The position numbers and the translations under genes are program-made. A stretch of DNA of 64,000 nucleotides from positions 1,812,117 to 1,876,116 of the forward strand of contig NW_003314261.1 of assembly GCF_000143415.4 (NCBI RefSeq). The letters run 5' to 3'. The notes beneath the pieces are model-generated. The model did not search any database and had not been told where the DNA came from. It saw nothing but the letters and a program-made list of their open reading frames with translations. This document shows, one piece after another, positions 12,477 through 25,083 of the stretch. This DNA is from Selaginella moellendorffii. Its lineage: Eukaryota > Plantae > Lycopodiophyta. Within the stretch, counting starts at the first letter, position 1, and each line of letters opens with the position of its first letter.

Positions 12477-14820
12477 TAGTTGAGAGCCTTATCCATTTGT
12501 GATTTTATAGAAACCGAGAATTATGAAGGGCAAGTTGTTGTAACGGTTCAGTGCTAATCAACCTTAATAATTCGTAATGCTGGTGAAAAGCTAGGACCTG
12601 CATACATTGAGGACGAATCTGGTCAAGAATTGTTTTCCTTACATTGAACATAGTCATATGTCTATACTATAATTATTTTAAAGTAGTTAAACATAGATTA
12701 AACATCAAAGAACTCTAAAGAATGTATACTGTAGAAATGTACAACATTTTAGACCATAGAATTTAAATATTTCACAATCTACAGTTGTTTAAATTATATA
12801 ATCTAGAATATAGCTCTTTAGAATATATGGCTTCTATGGTCTTAAGCCAGGAGTAGTGTATTTAGTAATACTATATACATTTTTTAAAGCTCATTAAAAT
12901 TTAAAATGTTAGAATGATATTTGGCAATTTAGCAAACAAATATTTAATATAGTTTTATATTCTAGAGGTTTGATTAGATATATACATACATTTACATATT
13001 TAAATGTAATTAGGTTTATTATATATGTACAGTCTAGAATATTTACTCTCTCTCTCTCTATTAGAAAAGATTGTTTTAATTATCAATTAATTTCTTAATG
13101 GAAATCAGTCATTTTTAATATACAACTGAATATAAATATTTAAACCATTGTAAATTAAAGAAAGAGAGTTGAAAATACTTTATATAAATAATTTATAAAA
13201 TAAACTATAAGACTATAGGTACTATAGGTACTTTCTCATGAACCCTTTAGCTATAATAAATATTTATATTTTATATTTACAAATTAATTACATTTTTAAT
13301 TATCTTTATACTTATGTTTCAATTATATTTTATTATTTATTATTAATATTGTTCTTAACTATTTATTGGAATATGTTTATATTCATATTTTGTAGTTAGA
13401 AATGAATACTTATATATACAAATATATATATACCTATTTAGATAATACACTAATTTTAATACCATAATATATAAGCCATCTATTTGAGACTAAATATGGT
13501 CCATTCTTGAATATAAACAGATATCTAGACCCTAATTAATATACCTATTCCTATATCTTAAACACTCACATTGTGTAAGCAATTAAGAAAAATAGTTTTA
13601 AAGATAATTTATTAGAGTTTAAATATAGAACACTAATATTTTATAAGAAATAAAAAATAATGGTTTAAAAGATAAATATAAAGGGAAAAGGCCCATGAAT
13701 AAAAACACACCCCTTTTCAATTGGTTAAAGGTCTTTTTACAATAATTAAAGGTTTTGACATACTTCTTGAATTTATATAATATCAAGTTAGAGTTTATAT
13801 ATTCTCTTGATAACTTTTTTTATTGATGTTTTTGTTTTAATTATTGAGTTATGTGTTGAGGAGGTTAAGGGGTGTGAATCCTTTATTTATTCTATGATGG
13901 CTGAAGTTTTTTGAAATATAAGGTTCTTTGTTTTCCAAATTTTGAGAATATTATCTATTTTTTATTTCCCTATTTCCACTTTAACAGTTATTAAAAGTTT
14001 TTTTTTTTTTTATCCAATTTTTCTTCTTCCATATTTTTCATTTCTCATTTTTCTCATTTTTTCTCCCTTTTTTCCTCTTTGCCCCAATACTTCAAACCTT
14101 TTTTTTGGAGGGGGTAAAAGGGATAGACAAAAGTCTAATAGTGAGGATAGAATAGTATAGCATAAATGAACTATATGAATTATACAGTGAGAATAAGCAT
14201 AAGAATTCCAAACGGAACATCCAACCCCAACATAATGAGATTAAAAAAATATGGTAATGGAGTGAGGCCAAACATTGATGGCAAAGCAAGGATAAATAAT
14301 AATAAGTTTGAATGAGAATAATATTTCAAAAAAAAATTTCCTTCGATAAGGGGATAAAAAGAATATGAAGAAAGAATGGAGTAAATTTGAGTTAATATAA
14401 GTTTTAAAGGTTGACCAAAAGGAGGTTGCAACAACATATTCTATAAAAAAGAAGGTTGCAACAACATATTCTATAGATAGTTGAGTTTGAGTTAATGGTG
14501 ATTTCAAAGGATGGATAATAATTTATATTGTTTGTTATAATGGTGCTTTGTGGATTGTAATAGCTCTCAAAGTCTTTTGCTTTAGTTCAAAGTTATATCT
14601 TTAAGGTTGGTTTGAGCATTTTGTAATTGCACACAAAATTATAATTTATTGGGATTCATAATTGATTGATACTTATGCCAGAACTTTGCATTTTATTTCA
14701 ATTATGATAATAGTGGTTTTGTGGGAACTTCAAGTTTATGTAACAATCTATAATCACTCAATAGAAGCTCTAAATATTCCACTTAACTTATTATCTCTTC
14801 TGAAAGGTGGATAATAAGTC

Positions 14821-14824
14821 ATAT

Positions 14825-14906
<82 letters not shown>
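14821..14906. repeat. (TA)n microsatellite
   Basis: A short (ATAC)n run followed by uninterrupted AT dinucleotides. Confidence 0.98.
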
Positions 14907-14909
<3 letters not shown>

Positions 14910-17449
14910 CAAAGTTAAATTATAAATTTTTACATAACTTTACACATGATTAATCACTGACTGCAATCATAGTGATTGATAATTAATCAAAGTATTAAAT
15001 AATAGAGTGTAAAATATTAATTTATTATATTTTTATACTTCTTTTGGTTTCAATTGTAAGTAAAATTGTTGCTATCTCATATTTTAAATTTTAGTTCAGT
15101 AAATTCTTTATCTTTATTTGTATTTACATAATAATGAGATATTTGAGGTAAAGTTGCTAATTCCACTATTTTTTATGATGAATAAATTTAATAATTTAAC
15201 TTAATTAACAACTTATGTTATGAGGTCCAAGTTTATAGTTACAATGTTGTATACTAATATTAATATAGTGGGATTTTGGTAGCTGTCGAATTGGTTTCAA
15301 TTCGGACTACTCACTCCTATATATAAACTAAGGTTTTTAAAGTAATTAAGATGTAGATTTAGTTTTTTCTATTCCTTTTTTTTGCTATTTCCTTTCAAGA
15401 TTTTGGTTTAGATTTAGCTTTTGTATTGTTTAAATCTCCCTTTCCTTTTATCTTTTTTCATTTCTTTTCTTTTGCTCTTTCCTTTTCATTCATCTTCATG
15501 GTAAAGCAATAGTCTCCTCCTCCTCTGACTCTAGAGTAGCAATTGGTACAATTGCTTGATGTTATGCGATTGTAATTGAATAACTAAATTTAGTTGATAG
15601 TGGCATTCACGGCATATGGTACAACTCCTCTTGCTCTTGGTGCCAATCCTCGCATTTGAGTAGAGTTCTTTCATGGGAATCCTAAGGATAATATGTACCA
15701 TTGGTTCAATCACTTCATAGTGATTGCCACATATCATTCTTAGATAACATTTACATGAGTTTCCCACATGTCTTTAAGGGATGGCACTGTAATGGTACAA
15801 TAGTTTAAACACAGCTGCTCGTGGAGATTGGAGTATTCTCCCAAACATTTTCAAACACACATTCGAACATGCTAATAATTGTGATGATGCCTTCCAAAAA
15901 TTGCATTGTCTTTGTCAAAAGCCATCTGAGTTAGTGATGCAATTTAGTGTTCATTTCCAAAGCCTCCTGTTTCGTATAGAGCTAAATATGTCGGAGCAGA
16001 TCAAGTTAGGAATGTTGTATCTAGCACTTTTGTCAAGATCTTGTAAGACTTATGCATGCACTTCCTCCAACCACCCTTGACGATACTCTTTGTTTGGCAC
16101 AATATTATGAAACATTGCCTCTTCCACTTTTTGCTACACATCCTTCAGCTCCACTTCATGTGGGAGATAGTCTTGTTCCAATGAAAGTTGATGCTACTGC
16201 TACTCAAGTTCAAGGATAAGGGCAAAGACATGGTTATGACCATGATGTTCACTACTAGACGTGTGATAAAATTGGTCACACTTATCGGCGTTGTTAGCAT
16301 TTTCTAGATTGGTGACTTTCATTTCCTGGGTGAAGATCTTGGCATCAATAATATCTTGTTGATGCTACTGCAATGGAAGGACTAGACACCAAAATGCATC
16401 TGGGAAATGAGGAGTCACGTGAGTAATAAAGGGACCTTGCGCAAATAAATTAGTGACCCCTCCATTTTTCTTTCGGGAGTATCATCAAGGGATTCACTTA
16501 ACACAAGTTCATCTAGTGTTTACTTTCCAAGCTCGTTTTTATAATAAAAGATCTCCTATTATTCTCTCTATATTGGTTGATACAAGTTTGATTTTATCTT
16601 TTATCACTCGATCTGTTGCCACATATTGTCGTCTATATTTACATTTATGCATTAACTATTGTCTGTTAAATGAAGTGACAATCCTTAATATGTACCCTCT
16701 TCCTTAAACTGCTGATCTCTTGGATTGTTTGGGGAGAAGTTATTAGTTCACCAAGCTAGATCTTGCTTTTAGGTATTAGTAAATACTAATGGCCTAAGAA
16801 GATATTCCTAAGACTATTTTTCGTACACCATTTGGTTTATATGAGTTTTTGATGATGCCATTTGGTTTGAACAATGCTTCAGCGACTTTCTAGCAAATGA
16901 TGGATAAGGTTCTTTGCGATATGCCGGAGGTGATTGTTGACTTCATTGATGATGTCTTGATTCACTTAGAGGGGATGTGGTAGGAACACATCCATGATAT
17001 TCATAAAGTGTTGGATTAGCTATAGAAGATTAGTTCAAAACTGAAGTGGTCAAAGTGTGTGCTTAGGTCCAAGGACACAACTTATCTTGGGTACTGTAAT
17101 TCTCCTAAGGGTTTACAAGTTGATTTTGACAAACTTGTGGTTATTCTAAAGTTTCTTACTCTAAAGCATGTGAACACTTCTTAGGCAAAGTGTAGTATCT
17201 CGGTCATTTTGTGGATCATCTTTCTGATCACAGTACACCATTATGAGCGTTGCTGAAGTCATCAAACGTTATCTTTCATTTGGTCTGCAAACTGTGAATG
17301 GGTGTTCGTGGATCTCAAAAAGCTATTGATGACTCCTTTGGTTTTAGTATATCCTGACTAGTTATTGCCATCCTATTGCATATATAAGCCATACATTACA
17401 ACTAGTAAAAGTGAATTACTCCACGATAAAAAATCTATGACAATAGCAG

Positions 17450-17838
17450 ATTGATTTCAAGAAGAACATGATCAATTCATGGAGAAGATGATCTATTCAA
17501 GGAGAAGAAGCACACTCTTACCTGCATTTTGACAAGCGGCTTCCAGTGCCAAGCCGTAGTGCACACAACTTCTCCAAAACAAATAGAACCCTTTTAAGTG
17601 GGAGAAATTCTAGTCTAGACACATGTAATGAAGAGGGATGACTGAGATTGCACTAAGAATATTCGTGAGGGTGAAGGATTCCTGAGATATTTGCTCTAGA
17701 TTCTATTAAGCATATTCCTCTATGTTTAAAATTTGATTACAGAAAAACGTTAGATAAGCCTACCAAGTAGGGTTTGGTGAAAACCAAGCCTCACTACTCC
17801 ACTTGCGATGATCGTGGCCAACGTACTCCATATAGTGC
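17450..17838 (-). other. Captured copy of the 3' end and 3' UTR of the multi-RRM gene inside the gypsy RNase H region
   Basis: Aligns with ~26677-27018 and is flanked by a ~68-bp direct duplication of element sequence (17366-17433 / 17836-17903). Confidence 0.9.
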
Positions 17839-18427
17839 CATCCTATTGCATATATAAACCATACGTTACAATTAGCAGAGGTGAATTACTCCACGATAGA
17901 AAAAGAGTGTTTAGTAACAGTCTAAGGTTTTGAGAAACTTCATATATATCTATATGGTTCTTGGACGTTACTAAAAGGTGATCATACTGCCATTACTTCA
18001 TTATTAAAGTAGAAGAACTTGGTTGGTCATACTGCTCGATTGCCAAGCTCGTAATATTCCCCCTCGTGAAGTCAATTAGAGTTTCTGTCCATTTAAGTTA
18101 GTGGCATTTGATCTTATAGGACCTTTTCCAAGATTAATTGCTAGCAATGAATATGTTATTATTGCTTCTAACTACTTGACTTATTGGGTGGAAGTTGGTG
18201 ATCTTACTAGCACCTCTGCATTTGCTGTTGAATACTTCCTCCTCAATCAAGTAGTGTTCCAGCATTATTCTCTAGAGCGAATTCTTTCAGATAATAATCT
18301 TATATTTATGGTTGAGGTTTTTCATGTTTTGATGTCTTAATTAGGGATATGCCACACTTTCACGAGTGCTTATCATTCATAGTCCGACGGTTTGGTGGAA
18401 TAACTTGTTCAAACATTCAAAGGGATG

Positions 18428-21400
18428 TATAAGCTATAAATTTTTCCTTTTCAATTTGCCAGCTTACCTCGTTTATCCAACCAACACTGCCTTGGCTTTT
18501 GCTAAGTTCCCTCGCCAAGGTTCCTGCCTATTGTACCAGCTCTTACTTGGTCCTACTTGGTTTTAGCTACTCATTGCACGAACAATGGAGTGTTAGCCAT
18601 CCATCCACGGATTCCCAAATCTCTCCTAATCCCCTTCCCCGGGTTAGACTGGACTTAAAGTTCGGCTACACTCCCCGTAGGCACAAGCAACCAAACACAC
18701 CAAGCCTCCAAGTTCCTAACATCCCTTGGTACAACAAGACTTGATCATGGGACCCTCTAAATCCCAAACCTTGGGTGCAACACTTGTTGCGGGACGCTGG
18801 GGTGAAACACCGTGGCCTAACGGCCCAGTATGGGTACCTCTACCCCCCCTCTTCCATCCCAAAGGGAAGGCCCAAGCCCCTAGGAAGGGCGAGGACCAAT
18901 GAGCCACAAGGTACTCAAGTGGGGCACCACTCCATATGAGCTAGGAGCACCGCAATCGGTTTCCCTTTCGGAAGTGGGAGCTGCTCTTGAGCACTTCCTT
19001 GGGTGGCCCTTCCGGCACCACCCAAGTCTATGCTCACTCCCACCCAAGGCCCCTCGGCCCCAGTCTCAACCTCAAGTCAGTTTAGAAGCACCACTGGAGA
19101 GTTCCTTCAAGACCCGACTTCGGACTCGGTCTCGGACTCGATCTTGAACTCGATCTCGGACCCAATCTCGGACTCAACCTCGGACTCGGTCTCGGACCCG
19201 ATTTGGATCTCGGACTTTGTCTCAAACTCGGTCTCGAACTCTGTCTCCGATTCGGCCTCGAACTCGATCTCGGACTCTATCTCGAACACGGTCTCAAAGT
19301 CGGTCTTGGACTTGATCTTCGACTCGGTCCCATCTGATGAACTCTTTGTCATTTTGGTCAAGCTTTCGGGGATCCTTTAACCTACGGCACCTCGGGGAGT
19401 TGGTTCCTTACAACTCCACCACCCATAGAAGAAGTTCGATGCCCACATCAAACGTCTCTTTTTATCCTACGACTTGTTGACCATGTCTCCGGGGGCATTT
19501 CCCCATTTAGCGGTGTGCCTAAGTTAGCCTCCCCGGCCAAGAGCCCATGACAACGGAACATAGGTGTCCCTATACCCCTCACCCCACCACGCCCTAGTAT
19601 GGGGTTGGGACTTGAACCCAGCCTTGCTTTACTAGGGGGTTGGGACTTGAACCCAACCTCCATAGAATATGTTTACGGATTTTACATCCCCGTGGGGAGT
19701 CGAGTGTAGTTCTTTATGCCTAGTCAACCTAGCTAACCTATGCTAATTAGCTTACCTTCGGCATTCCTTCGGGTCCTAACATATGCCATTGCTCAACTTC
19801 ACAAATTGATATTTTAATTGAACTTTGCATAAGTACATAGAGTTTTGCCTTGCAGAAATTCCTCCACTAAATTTCACGCGTTAGCTAGGTTCTCTTTCGG
19901 TTCCCATGTTGCTTCGAAGTGTGGAAATCCTTTCCACTTCACATGGAACTCTCTCACCTCGCGTCCTTGTTGCTTGCTCTTATGCGCATTGAGGATGGCC
20001 TCGACTTCGTATTCCTCTTCCCTTTGGATAACCTCAGGTAAAAGTCTTACTTGGTTCTTGCGAAGCAGATCCTCAAAGTATGACTTGAGTATGTTCACAT
20101 GGAACACTAGGTGCATCTTCCCCATCTCTCGAGGAAGTCGGAGATAGTAAGCCACTTTACCGATTCGTGCCTCAATCTCGAAAGGCCCTACGAACCTACT
20201 TAAGGAACTCAAGATTAATTCATTTACAGGAATACATGCATTTTTACCTTTGGGTCAACTTCCGGCTGATCCCACTTGGTAGCCTAAGGTTCTTGGTGTT
20301 CAACCACACCTTCTCCCTAGCTTGGAACTCTACATCCCGACACTTCTTGTTCGCATACTTGTTTTGCCTTTGTTGAGCCCGTTCCAAGGAATCCCTCACT
20401 AGATTCCAGATGTTGAGTCTTTCCGCCGTGAATGCCTCCACTGCGGGTAACTCTCCATGATACTCGGCCACGCCGAGTTCCACAGGACCTTCAATAGCTC
20501 GCCCATTGATGACTTCCCATGGACTCACCCCGATACTCGAATGTGGTGAGTTGTTATAACACATTTCCTCAAGTCCTAAATGACTTACCCAATCAGTCTA
20601 GTCTCCCAAGACATAGCATCGCATTGCAAAGCACCCATGTCAATAAGGATTTTAACAAAGCTACCTTCGAGCTTCCCTTGAAGGGCTAGTAGATGTCGCG
20701 AACGACTCTTTACCAAAGTTGCTCGTATAATGAGTAACTTTGAGCTAGGGACTGGATCACATACCTCAATTTGGATTTCACCTGACTTAATGGCCATATT
20801 GACTCTGGCCTTCTTTAGGTAGGGACATTCCCTCAAAAAATGTCCCACTTCACCGTAGTTGTAGCATATATTGTTTCCCACGCTGTTAAACGACTTGACC
20901 TTCTTATCCGTGGGTTTGTCTCTTTTTGCTTGACTCCCCCACGTACTCACTCACTAGCCACCGGATTTGTCTTTTCGGAACCCCGAAGATTCATTCTTAA
21001 AGAAACTCTTCTTGAATTTCCCTTTGCTATATGTTCCCCTTGGTTTGGCCCCTTTGCTAAATGTGGACCCCGACCCCATCGTATTCCCCTTTCACAGGTT
21101 ATCGTTGAAATGCACCTTGATAGCCGCATCTAATGCTTCTTTGTAATTTGTTGGGTTCTAACGCATCACCTCACCGCGAGCCCAGGTTTGCAAGCCTGAT
21201 ATGAAGACATAGAACACATCCATATCACCCATATTCGTGACCAGTATCCTCTTTGCCATAAATCCATTCACATACTCTTGAATGGTTTTGGTCTACTTCA
21301 GCCTACTTAGCTCATCCCTTAGGTGCAGAGTAACATTCGAAGGAACATATATTACGCAGATCCTCACCTTCATCATTTCTCAAGTGGCCACCAATCCTTT

Positions 21401-23280
21401 GTTGGCCTTTGTCGTTCTCCACCAAGACTTGGCATTATCTACCAAGTATGGTTTTGCACATGGGACCTTCTCCGAGCTCGGTAACTGCAACTCTCGGAAG
21501 TAGTCCTCTATATCATAAAACCAATCCTCCACCACCTTATAGTCATTCACTCCCTTGAACACTGGTGGGGGCTTTAGTTTGTATTTGGGAACTGCCTGAG
21601 GGACTGATTCCACTTTGGTCTGTTTGACCTTGTTTGGTTCTGCCTCAATCCCTACTAAAGGGTCTGCACCTTTTGCGCTACTAGCATCCGCAGTCTTTCG
21701 CTTTTTCTTCCACTTCTCATCACGCTTTAGCTTGCATACGAGAGTCTCCAACTATGCCAATTGTCCTTCTAGAACATCCAATCGAGCCTTGGACAACCGA
21801 ACCTCACCACCGGACTCCTATTTGAAAGTTTCCTCACTGGAGTCCTCCTCATGCAAGGATTCCTCATCCATAGCCTTTTGTTCGACTGAAGGCTCCAGCT
21901 CCGGCGAAGGTTCTGTCTCCGCCTGGGTTCGCTTGCACCCTACATTTGCCATCTCCCAGCAATTCGCCTCTATCCTTCACTAGAACTGAGAAAAAGGCTT
22001 TGATACCAAATTTTAAGCCATAAATTTTTCCTTTCCAATTTGCCAGCTTATCTCGTCTATCCGACCAACACTACCTTGGCTTTTGCTAAGTTCCCTCGCC
22101 AAAGTTCTCGCCTATTGTACTAGCTCCTACTTGGTCCTACTTAGTTTCAGCTACTCACTGCACAAGCAATGGAGCATTAGCCATCCATTCACGGATTCCC
22201 AAATCTCTCCCAATCCCCCTCCCCGAGTTAAATTGGACTTAAGGTTCGGCTACACTCCCTGCAGGCACAAGCAACCAAGCACACCAAGCCTTCAGGTTCC
22301 TAACATCTCTTGGTACAACAAAACTTGATCATGGGACCCTCTAAATCCCAAACTTTGGGTGCAACACTTGTTTCGGGACGCTGGGGCGAAACACCGTGGC
22401 CTAACGGCCCGGTATGGGTACCTCTACCCCCCCTCTTCCATCCCAAAGGGAAGGCCCAAGCCCCTAGGAAGGGCGAGGACTAATGAGCCACAATGTACTC
22501 AAGTGGGGCACCACTCCACATAAGCCGGGAGCACCATAATCGGTTTCCCTTTCGGGAGTGGGAGCTGCTCTTGAGCACTTCCTTGGGTGGCCCCTCTGGC
22601 ACCACCCGAGTCTATGCTCACTCCCACCCAAGGCCCCTCAACCTCAATCTCAACCTCAAGTTAGTTTAGAAGCACCACTGGAGAGTTCCTTCAAGATTGG
22701 TCCCTAGACCTCACTATCCTTACTATACTTTTGGAACCCCCTACAGCCCCCCCCCCCCCCCCNNNNNNNNNNNNNNNNNNNNNNNNNNNNNNNNNNNNNN
22801 NNNNNNNNNNNNNNNNNNNNNNNNNNNNNNNNNNNNNNNNNNNNNNNNNNNNNNNNNNNNNNCCCCCCCCCCCCGGGGAGACACACGCTTTGGGCTTTCA
22901 CCCCTTGACCCGTATTAGTGCTCGGACTTAGTCTTGGACTCGATCTCGATCTCGGACCCGATCTCAGATCTGACTTCGGACTCCGTCTCGGACTCAATCT
23001 CAGACTCAATCTCGGACTCGATCTTGGACTCGACTTCGGACTCGACCTCGAACTCGGTCTCGGACCCGATTCGGATCTTGGACTCTGTCTCGAACTCGAT
23101 CTTGAACTCGGCCTTCGATTTGGCCTCGAACTCGATCCCGGACTCTATCTCGAACTCAGTCTCAGAGTCGGTCTTGGACTCGATCTCCGACTCGGTCCCA
23201 TCCGATGAACTCTTTGTCATTTTGGTCAAGCTTTCAGGGATCCTTTAGCTTACGGCACCTCGGGGAGTTGGTTCCTTACA
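18428..23280 (-). mobile_element. Nested Ty3/gypsy chromovirus, internally deleted (non-autonomous)
   Basis: TSD GGATG (18423-18427 / 23281-23285); LTRs 18428-19412 and 22012-23280; PBS TGGTATCAAAGC (tRNA-iMet) at 22008-21997; PPT-like GGGTGGTGGAGT next to 19412. Contains gag with CYNYGEVGHFLREC, protease start ILIDMGA, integrase C-terminus and the chromodomain EYEVEAILN..FHVKWKGFPHFEATWEP. RT and RNase H are absent. Confidence 0.93.
19115..19330. repeat. TCGGAC/TCGATC 6-/12-mer tandem array within the LTR (second copy 22920-23198)
   Basis: Visible degenerate hexamer array; it produces the spurious SDSI/ESE-rich ORFs. Confidence 0.9.
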
Positions 23281-23956
23281 GGATGATCACAAAGTACATT
23301 AACTTTCAGCATTTAGATTAGGATGGTTTCTCTTCAGTATGCATATGTCACAAAATGGATAATTTAGTGTTAGTATGTTTTCCTCATCTTACGGTACATG
23401 GTTTATCTAAGGGGCGACTTGCTCAGTGAAAAGGACCATATCAGGTCTTGTAGCAAGTGTGACCACAAGTTTATGAGGTTTAGCATAACGTCCAACAGAC
23501 CAATCCTCCAAAATTTATGCATATGCAACAATTGAAACACTTCATACAAAAGGATCAGGAACAACTAATACCATTTACAAATCCATCAATACCTCTTTCT
23601 AATGTTCCTCCAGATTCTGGCCCATCTACAAAGAACCTTAATAGTTTTCTATTATTCCAAAAGGAAGGGATAATATAAAGTCCAAGATTACAATAACAAT
23701 GCTATATACTAATATTAATGTAATGGGATTTTAATAAACCACTATAAGCTAAAGCTGTTAGGCTAATTGAGATGCACATTTCTATTAAGAATAATAGAAA
23801 AATAAGTAATAAAAACGTTAAGAATTTTTAGATACTTGTGATCAATTTACTCCCTTGAACATAACTTGCCAGCACGATGGACACTTGTCGATGCCATGAA
23901 GCAGCACCAGACTATAAGCCTGTAGCCTTTTGAGAGCTGTTCACAAATTTTTGGCA

Positions 23957-24157
23957 ATGGCGGATGTTGTGTCGCTGATAATTGGAGCAATTCTCTTTTT
24001 GATCTTGTCACCAGGGCTGCTGCTGCAAATCCCCGGCACGGAGAGGGCGGTGGAATTCACCAATGGTCGTACGAGCGTCGCTTCCGTTATCACGCACACC
24101 ATCGTGTTCGTCATTCTGCTCTACTTGTTTCAGCTCGCCTTCCATGTCCACTGCTGA
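23957..24157 (+). CDS. DUF3339 small transmembrane protein
   Basis: MADVVSLIIGAILFLILSPGLLLQIPG..VEFTNGRTSVASVITHTIVF matches the plant DUF3339 pattern. Confidence 0.9.
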   Translation: MADVVSLIIGAILFLILSPGLLLQIPGTERAVEFTNGRTSVASVITHTIVFVILLYLFQLAFHVHC

Positions 24158-24229
24158 AACTGGAAATTCGTAGTAACTACTCTGTCTACTATTCCTTGTC
24201 TTGATCAATAAGAGGCGATTCATTCCACT

Positions 24230-25058
24230 CTACTTGAGATTCAATGGCGCACAAATACCAACGATTTCCTCCCCGTCTTCAAGGGAGCCGAGCTTCCAAT
24301 CCGGGTCGCCGTCGCGTATGGCATTCACTTCAGTGTGATCTACGAAGAATTCCGTGTTTATCCTGAAGCCGGTAATTTCTCGCTTGTGGATGTAAGGTAC
24401 CTGTACAAGGAGATGCGTGAGAAATAAAAGAGAGTAACATTTCAAGGGGTGTTTTTACTTGCGATGAACGGATGATGCCCACAGCATGTTGTGTGAGAAA
24501 GCTTGGATCAACTCGTGTGTTCGTGGCCGATTCCAGTGCACGAATCGCGTATGGATGACTGGACACAAGCCCGGCAGCGACATCCGATGGCCCATCCAGC
24601 GCACGCTACAGAACAAAAGCTTGGATAAAGGAGAATAGAAAAACGAAGACTCGCCTTGATCAGCTTGGTTGCCACTCCTTGGTGTCGAAACAAAGGATTT
24701 ACGACAAGTTGTATAATCCACACCACGTCCCCTGTTTCAATTAAGCAAAAAGAAACAAACTAAATGAAAGAAACAATGGAGAAGAAAAGGATGACACACC
24801 TTGAAGAGGCCCATACCAAAAACGCCGGCAAAACGCTTGCCCAATCACCTTGTTCTCTAGGAGCGCCAGAGAAACAAAGCAGCGGTCGTCGAAGAAGATC
24901 TCCCTGCGCATCCATGAGACGCTCATCTTGGCTCGCTTACCAACACGATCCGGCGGCGCTCCTCTTCCCCAAACTCCATACGACGTGGAGAAGAGCTTCG
25001 CGCACTGCACCGCGAGCTCGTCAGAGAGAGTCGACGCAAGACGAAACTCCATGGACAT
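24230..25058 (-). CDS. GNAT-like acyltransferase-fold protein (copy B); 4 exons, intron 2 GC-AG
   Basis: Splices in frame: AKLFSTSYGVWG..RVGKRAKMS..GQAFCRRF | VWIIQLVVNPLFRHQGVATKLIK (GNAT motif A) | GLVSSHPYAIRALESAT | VPYI..NTEFFVDHTE..WKLGSLEDGEEIV*. Start is at 25058 or 25079. Confidence 0.75.
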
Positions 25059-25083
25059 GAAAGCCCTAAAGCTACACATCCCT

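Larger units (their letters stand above)
15219..23790 (+). mobile_element. Decayed Ty3/gypsy LTR retrotransposon with short LTRs (~15219-15400 and 23674-~23790)
   Basis: gag relic (VPMKVDA, Zn knuckle ~16255-16295); [44 protein letters not shown] (16748-16965); RNase H NYSTIEKECL (~17885); integrase AFDLIGPFP..DGLVE (18100-18420); PPT AAAAGGAAGGGA at 23659-23670. Many stops. Confidence 0.88.

Noticed and set aside
19003-19380. Ser/Asp-rich and Glu/Ser-rich ORFs (also 22915-23248)
   Set aside because: Translations of the LTR hexamer array, open in several frames on both strands.
22697-22920. Poly-C tracts and unique sequence around the N-run inside the 5' LTR
   Set aside because: Assembly gap with low-quality read ends; absent from the other LTR.
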